The notes under the pieces were generated by a model. It was not told where the DNA came from, did no database searches, and was given only the letters and a program-made list of their open reading frames with translations. A stretch of DNA of 64,000 nucleotides from Candidatus Latescibacterota bacterium (lineage in GTDB: Bacteria; Latescibacterota; UBA2968; UBA8231), in the NCBI GenBank assembly GCA_965242865.1, contig CBDETK010000013.1:2400001-2464000 (forward strand), read 5' to 3'. A program made the translations under genes and the position numbers. Shown piece by piece: positions 59,738-64,000 of this stretch (position 1 is the stretch's first letter; every line of letters begins with the position of its first letter).

Positions 59738-60625
59738 ATGGCCGAATTCGACACCATCGCCAAACACCTCATCCACACCTACCCAACGGACTTCGCCCGA
59801 TTCGCCCTCCAACAAGACGACATCCAAGTCCTCGGCGTCGTCGAGACCGAGCAAACCACCGTCGAAACCCATCGCACCGACAGCCTCATTCGCGTCCACG
59901 TCGATGGCATCGAGGCGTTGGTCCATCACGAGTTCCAAACCACCGACAGCAAACCGCCCATGCCCCTCCGCATGGTCGGCTATATCGGGCGCGGCATCGA
60001 GCAGCACAAGTGCCCGATCTACTCCAACGTCATCTATCTGCGGCCTGATGCGGGTCGGAGCGATCCGGGGTATTATCTCCAAGAGCGACCCGGCTACCGG
60101 GTGTTGGTGCAATACAAGGTGAGTCGGCTGATTGAGCTCGATGGCCAACGCATACTCGAGGAGGGGCCTTCGGGCTTGCTGCCGTTTGCGCCGTTGATAC
60201 AGCCGCCCGCGGGGATGGATGCCGAGGGGTGGTTGCGCCAGTGTGTCAACCGGGCACAACAGGTGCCGCTGGACGAATCCCGCCAGGCCAATTACTTGGC
60301 CAATCTTGCGGTATTGAGCGGGTTGGTGTATAACTTAGACACGATTACGACCATCATCGCGGAGGAGACCATGTACGAGTCGTCGGTAGTGCAGTATTTC
60401 ACGGAAAAGGGCATTGAGCAGGGCATCAAGCAAGGCGGCCGAGAACGCGCCGTTGAAGATCTGCTCGAGGTGCTAGCGATTCGCTTTGGGCTGGCGGCGT
60501 CGGATCCGTTGGCCGCCCGCATTGGGGGCATCGACGATGTGCAGCGTCTCAAGCAGTTGTTTCGGGCGGCCATACAGGTGACTAGCCTTGAAGCCTTTAG
60601 ACCCCTGTTAGACCAAGCCGAGTAG
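59738..60625 (+). CDS. Rpn / PD-(D/E)XK recombination-promoting nuclease family (long form)
   Basis: FDTIAKHL, RTDSL, HHEFQT, MPLRMVGY, VIYL, EKGIEQGIKQG, RFG tail. Confidence 0.8.
   Translation: MAEFDTIAKHLIHTYPTDFARFALQQDDIQVLGVVETEQTTVETHRTDSLIRVHVDGIEALVHHEFQTTDSKPPMPLRMVGYIGRGIEQHKCPIYSNVIYLRPDAGRSDPGYYLQERPGYRVLVQYKVSRLIELDGQRILEEGPSGLLPFAPLIQPPAGMDAEGWLRQCVNRAQQVPLDESRQANYLANLAVLSGLVYNLDTITTIIAEETMYESSVVQYFTEKGIEQGIKQGGRERAVEDLLEVLAIRFGLAASDPLAARIGGIDDVQRLKQLFRAAIQVTSLEAFRPLLDQAE
60371..60625 (+). CDS. Putative internally initiated small Rpn C-terminal protein (84 aa)
   Basis: GGAGGAG-acc-ATG in frame, immediately before the EKGIEQG repeats. Confidence 0.55.
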   Translation: MYESSVVQYFTEKGIEQGIKQGGRERAVEDLLEVLAIRFGLAASDPLAARIGGIDDVQRLKQLFRAAIQVTSLEAFRPLLDQAE

Positions 60626-60730
60626 GGCACCGCGTAATTTCAGTTATATCCTAACCTGTTCAACCTTCCACCATCCTTCCCTATCAACTGCCAGCGGCGG
60701 GCTATGGGCGGCTAGCATACTGTCGTGTAC

Positions 60731-62724
60731 TTAAGGGCGGACAGCATCCCCGGCCCCCGCAAACTCCGCCGCCCAGAGGGTGCGGTTCTCTTCGGAAATC
60801 CACTGGCCGATATAGATGCGGTCAATGGCGTAGCCGGGCAGATGAATGGCCGCCATACACTGGTCGCCGACCCGGAAGCCGCGCCGGTCGAAATAGAAGC
60901 CGAAGTTGTCCGAGCCGTACCGCTGGCGATTGAATGGTAGGTCGGCCGGGTCGGCTGGGATGACGTGCAAGACGAACTTGGCCTGCGGGTCGGCCGGGGC
61001 ACACGGCTGTTTGACGTAAATCAGCCGGCGTCCGGTGCGGTACACGTTCCAGTCGGCGCGCACCACCGGCTCGCCGGCCTGTTGGATGAGTTCCTGCAGG
61101 TAGCGTTGTTTGCAGGCGCGATGCCTTTTTGCATCGAAGGGTTCGGCTGCCGTTACGCGGAAGACCGCGCCATCGGCCAGTTCGGCCACGGTTTCCACGC
61201 CGGGCAGGCAGCGGAGGTCCAAGGCGTCGTACTTGGAATGAGGGTTTGGCCTTTCATGTAGGAGCCAAACGATAGGCCCGCCGACGCCCTTCTTGGTCTT
61301 CCGCATTATGCGTGGTGTCACTTGGTAAATCCAGTCTGCGATACGCAGGTGCTTTCTCGGGGCGGCACTCCGATCCCAAAACCAAATAATGCCGGGGTCA
61401 TTGCTGAAAGTCCTGCTATCGCTCAGGTGGGGCCTGATGTACTTCAGGGTCTCATAATGGTGCCAATAGGCGATGTTGGGGTTGAATCTCTCTTTTTTGA
61501 TCCCGGACTCCATGCTCTGGCGGGTAATGCGGAGGTTTTTGTACGCCGAGAGGCTGACGTGGGCGAGGGCACCTAGCAAGACGAGGGACGCCAGCCCCCA
61601 CTTAGCCGCGGCCATCCGACCCGCCATCTCGATGGACAGGAATCGGTCCAGCAGCAACGCCGCGGCTAACAGCAGCGGTACATACACCGGCAGCAGGTAG
61701 CGGCTGTCGATGCCCTGATAAACCGTGAAGGGCACGACAGCGACGAGGAATACGCAGTAGATCAAGGCGAACACCCCGAAAGGGAGTGCCGGCCCCAACC
61801 CCAAGCGCGGCGATGCCGTCCGACCTGTTCCCCGCCATCCTGCCCGCCCATACCTACGCTGCTGCCCCGCCACTCCGACGACTACCCCCGCTACCACCAC
61901 CAGCCCGACCGCTGTCCACAGAAGATAACCCAACCCGTCCAGTCCGTTTGAGAGGCCGACCCACAAGCGAAACGTCTCTCCGATCTGGCACAGCCCAGCG
62001 GATAGAGACTGCCCGGACGCGCCGCTCCTAGCGGTCAGAGTCCCGGAGATCATCCAGTTGCGCGTCAGCACTACCGCGAGGGGCAAGGATGAGATAGCTC
62101 CAAATACGATAGCATCTTTCAACCGGACAGCCAGCGGCGGGGTGCGGCGCACCAGCAGCAGCAAGACGCCGACGCCGATCAGGACCACGCCCGGATAGCG
62201 GGTCACCGCGGCCAGCCCGGTAAAAACCGCCATCCAATACAGGGGCGTCCTTCGGCCGCGTTGCAGGAAGGACGACAACTGAGTCAAGGCGAGGAGCGTC
62301 AACAGGGCGAAGAGGGCGTCGGTCTTGAGGCACGACGCGAAATCGCTCAAGGGCAGGGATACCGCGATGGCTGCGGTCGTGGCCAGTGCCAGCCACTGTG
62401 ACCGGAGATTCGAGCGCAGCCAGCACCCCGCGACGAGGATGGTCAGCCCGAAGGCGTTGGCGTTGATCCACTGACCCGCCGCAAACGGCTCAATGCCAAG
62501 CCAACCGCCGGCCGCCAACAGCAGGGGGAACAAGGGCGGCCAACCCACCAGCGGTTCGCCTCCGAGATCCCGCCAGCCCTCTCCCGCGAGGAAGTTTATG
62601 GCCGTGGACAGGAACTGTACGGAGTCCGGACCAACCGCCGGGCCGTAGGGGGTAGTGCGGACGAGGATGTGGGCGGCACCCAGCCCGGCGAGGACGGCAA
62701 TCCTCCCCCCCCCCCCCACTTCAT
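60731..62724 (-). CDS. GT-C fold (ArnT/PMT-like) membrane glycosyltransferase with a 5' poly-G tract
   Basis: PDSVQF, WPPLFPLLL, TRYPG, RYLLPVY and multiple TM helices. With G13, ATG 62724 is out of frame and GTG 62719 is in frame. Confidence 0.7.
62705..62717 (-). repeat. G13 homopolymer (candidate contingency locus)
   Basis: 13 consecutive C on the + strand; longest homopolymer noticed in the window. Confidence 0.85.
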
Positions 62725-62770
62725 AAGATTAGTAAAAACAATCACTTACGTAATTATTCTTCGTCGCTGA

Positions 62771-63034
62771 TCAGAAGCGGCTGTTGCCGTTGTGTTCGGC
62801 AAGGGAGTCGTCGCCCTCGGCATCGCGCAAGGCGTCGCGGGCGGCGTGGAAGCGGCGGATGCGACGCACGAAAATGAAGATCAGGCCGGCCAGGGCCGCG
62901 TAGAGCAAGTACTGATAGATCGGCTCCGTCCAGCCTAGCACCACCGGCCAGAGGCTGGCGATGCACAGCAGAATGAAAATATCTTCGATCAGCTTGTGCC
63001 TTTTTTCGCGCTGCTGTTCTCGTTCAGGCGTCAT
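62771..63034 (-). CDS. Small two-TM membrane protein (87 aa)
   Basis: MTPEREQQ...IFILLCIASLW...YLLYAALAGLIFIFVRR; start overlaps the upstream gene end. Confidence 0.65.
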   Translation of the reverse strand: MTPEREQQREKRHKLIEDIFILLCIASLWPVVLGWTEPIYQYLLYAALAGLIFIFVRRIRRFHAARDALRDAEGDDSLAEHNGNSRF

Positions 63035-64000
63035 CGGACAGGGCCTTGTAAATGGCGTAGTTTCTGAGGACGAGCTTGACGTAGAGGCGGGTTTCCTTGA
63101 AGGGGATGCGCTCAACAAAGGCGTCCGGGTCTTCAGAGGGCAAGCGCTCGAGCCACCGGCGGGCGTTGTGCGGGCCGGCGTTGTACGCGGCCAAGCCCAG
63201 TTCAAAGCCCAAGTCCGCGCCCGGCCCCGCCGCGAATTGGCGCATTTGGTCGCCGAGGAAGTAACTGCCCAAGCGGATGGAGACGGCCGGATCGAAAAGC
63301 TCGCCCAGCTCAAAAGGTTTTATCTGCAAAGTCCGCGCGAGGGTGAGGCCGGTGTGGGGCATGATCTGCATCAGGCCCCTCGCGCCCACTCGCGACACCG
63401 CGTTTTCGTCAAAGGTGCTCTCTTGGCGAATTACCGATAAGACCAGATAGGGGTCGATTTGGGCCTCGGCCCCGGCCGCGGCAATTTCCTCCCAGTAATA
63501 AGTCGGGTAGATGCGAGCCCATTCCGCCGGGTCTTGCCCGTCAAACAGGCGCAGCGACAGCCGCAGGGCTTGGTCGCGAAAGCCGAGGGCTTCGCAGTAG
63601 TCGCGGATGACCTTGAGCGCGTCCTTTTGGCCCGCGTACTCGCGGACGGCTTGCTCCATCTCGGCCGCGGACCAATCCCGTAGCCCCAATTGGTTCAGCA
63701 AACCAGCGCGTTCGAGGTGGGCCCTTTGCGCTGGCGCGGGGATGGCTTGGCGGCGGTTCCCTGCGGGCCGCCCCTTGAGCTGAACCTGCTCTCTATGGCC
63801 CATCTGGACGGCGCGGGCCGAGTAATAAGAGCGCGGGAATCCGGTCGCGGCGCGGCCATAGAACGCAGTGGCGTCCTCTGACTGGCCCAGCCGGTCCGCG
63901 CTTTTCCCGGCCCAGTACAGGGATTGGTCGATGATGTGGGGCTGACGCGCCTGCTGGCTGGTGCGCTCAAAAGCGGCGAGGGCTTGGGCGTATTGCTCTT
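63024..64000 (-). CDS. Slt-family lytic transglycosylase with TPR-like repeats (5' end outside window)
   Basis: IRQESTF, GARGLMQIMP, AAYNAG, IPFKETRLYVK. Frame is open to the window edge (LYWAGKS...FPRSYY). Confidence 0.9.
   Translation of the reverse strand, partial: EQYAQALAAFERTSQQARQPHIIDQSLYWAGKSADRLGQSEDATAFYGRAATGFPRSYYSARAVQMGHREQVQLKGRPAGNRRQAIPAPAQRAHLERAGLLNQLGLRDWSAAEMEQAVREYAGQKDALKVIRDYCEALGFRDQALRLSLRLFDGQDPAEWARIYPTYYWEEIAAAGAEAQIDPYLVLSVIRQESTFDENAVSRVGARGLMQIMPHTGLTLARTLQIKPFELGELFDPAVSIRLGSYFLGDQMRQFAAGPGADLGFELGLAAYNAGPHNARRWLERLPSEDPDAFVERIPFKETRLYVKLVLRNYAIYKALSDDA

Noticed and set aside
1-64000. tRNA, rRNA, prophage or integrase
   Set aside because: None recognised by eye; tRNAscan/Infernal would be needed to exclude small RNAs.

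Overview
GC-rich bacterial chromosome segment. The signal-peptide proteins ending in PNPFNP...FlgD-Ig or SWGxxK suggest an FCB-superphylum candidate lineage such as Latescibacterota; this is inference. The flanks (1-12.9 kb and 52-64 kb) carry metabolic and housekeeping genes, an IS630 element, a decaying ATPase/defence-like islet, an Rpn nuclease with an internal start, and a GT-C glycosyltransferase with a G13 tract just after its start codon. The main feature is a ~39 kb array (12985-52113) of five giant minus-strand secreted zinc-metalloproteases (M6/InhA-like head plus FN3, cadherin and Ig stalk) and two relic stubs. Each is paired with small secreted SWGxxK partner genes (eight in total, three families), including stand-alone copies of the protease N-terminal pro-domain. 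Only the leftmost protease owns the single-copy C-terminal ~1050 aa with the sorting domain. The other four stop abruptly inside kb-long near-identical stalk sequence, and heads and stalk modules are combinatorially shuffled. This looks like a polymorphic protease plus cognate-partner cassette system: an N-terminal-variable mirror image of Rhs/CDI orphan arrays. No recombinase, reverse transcriptase, CRISPR array or RNA gene was seen. Several frameshifts could be sequencing errors, and the repeat array needs read-level validation.
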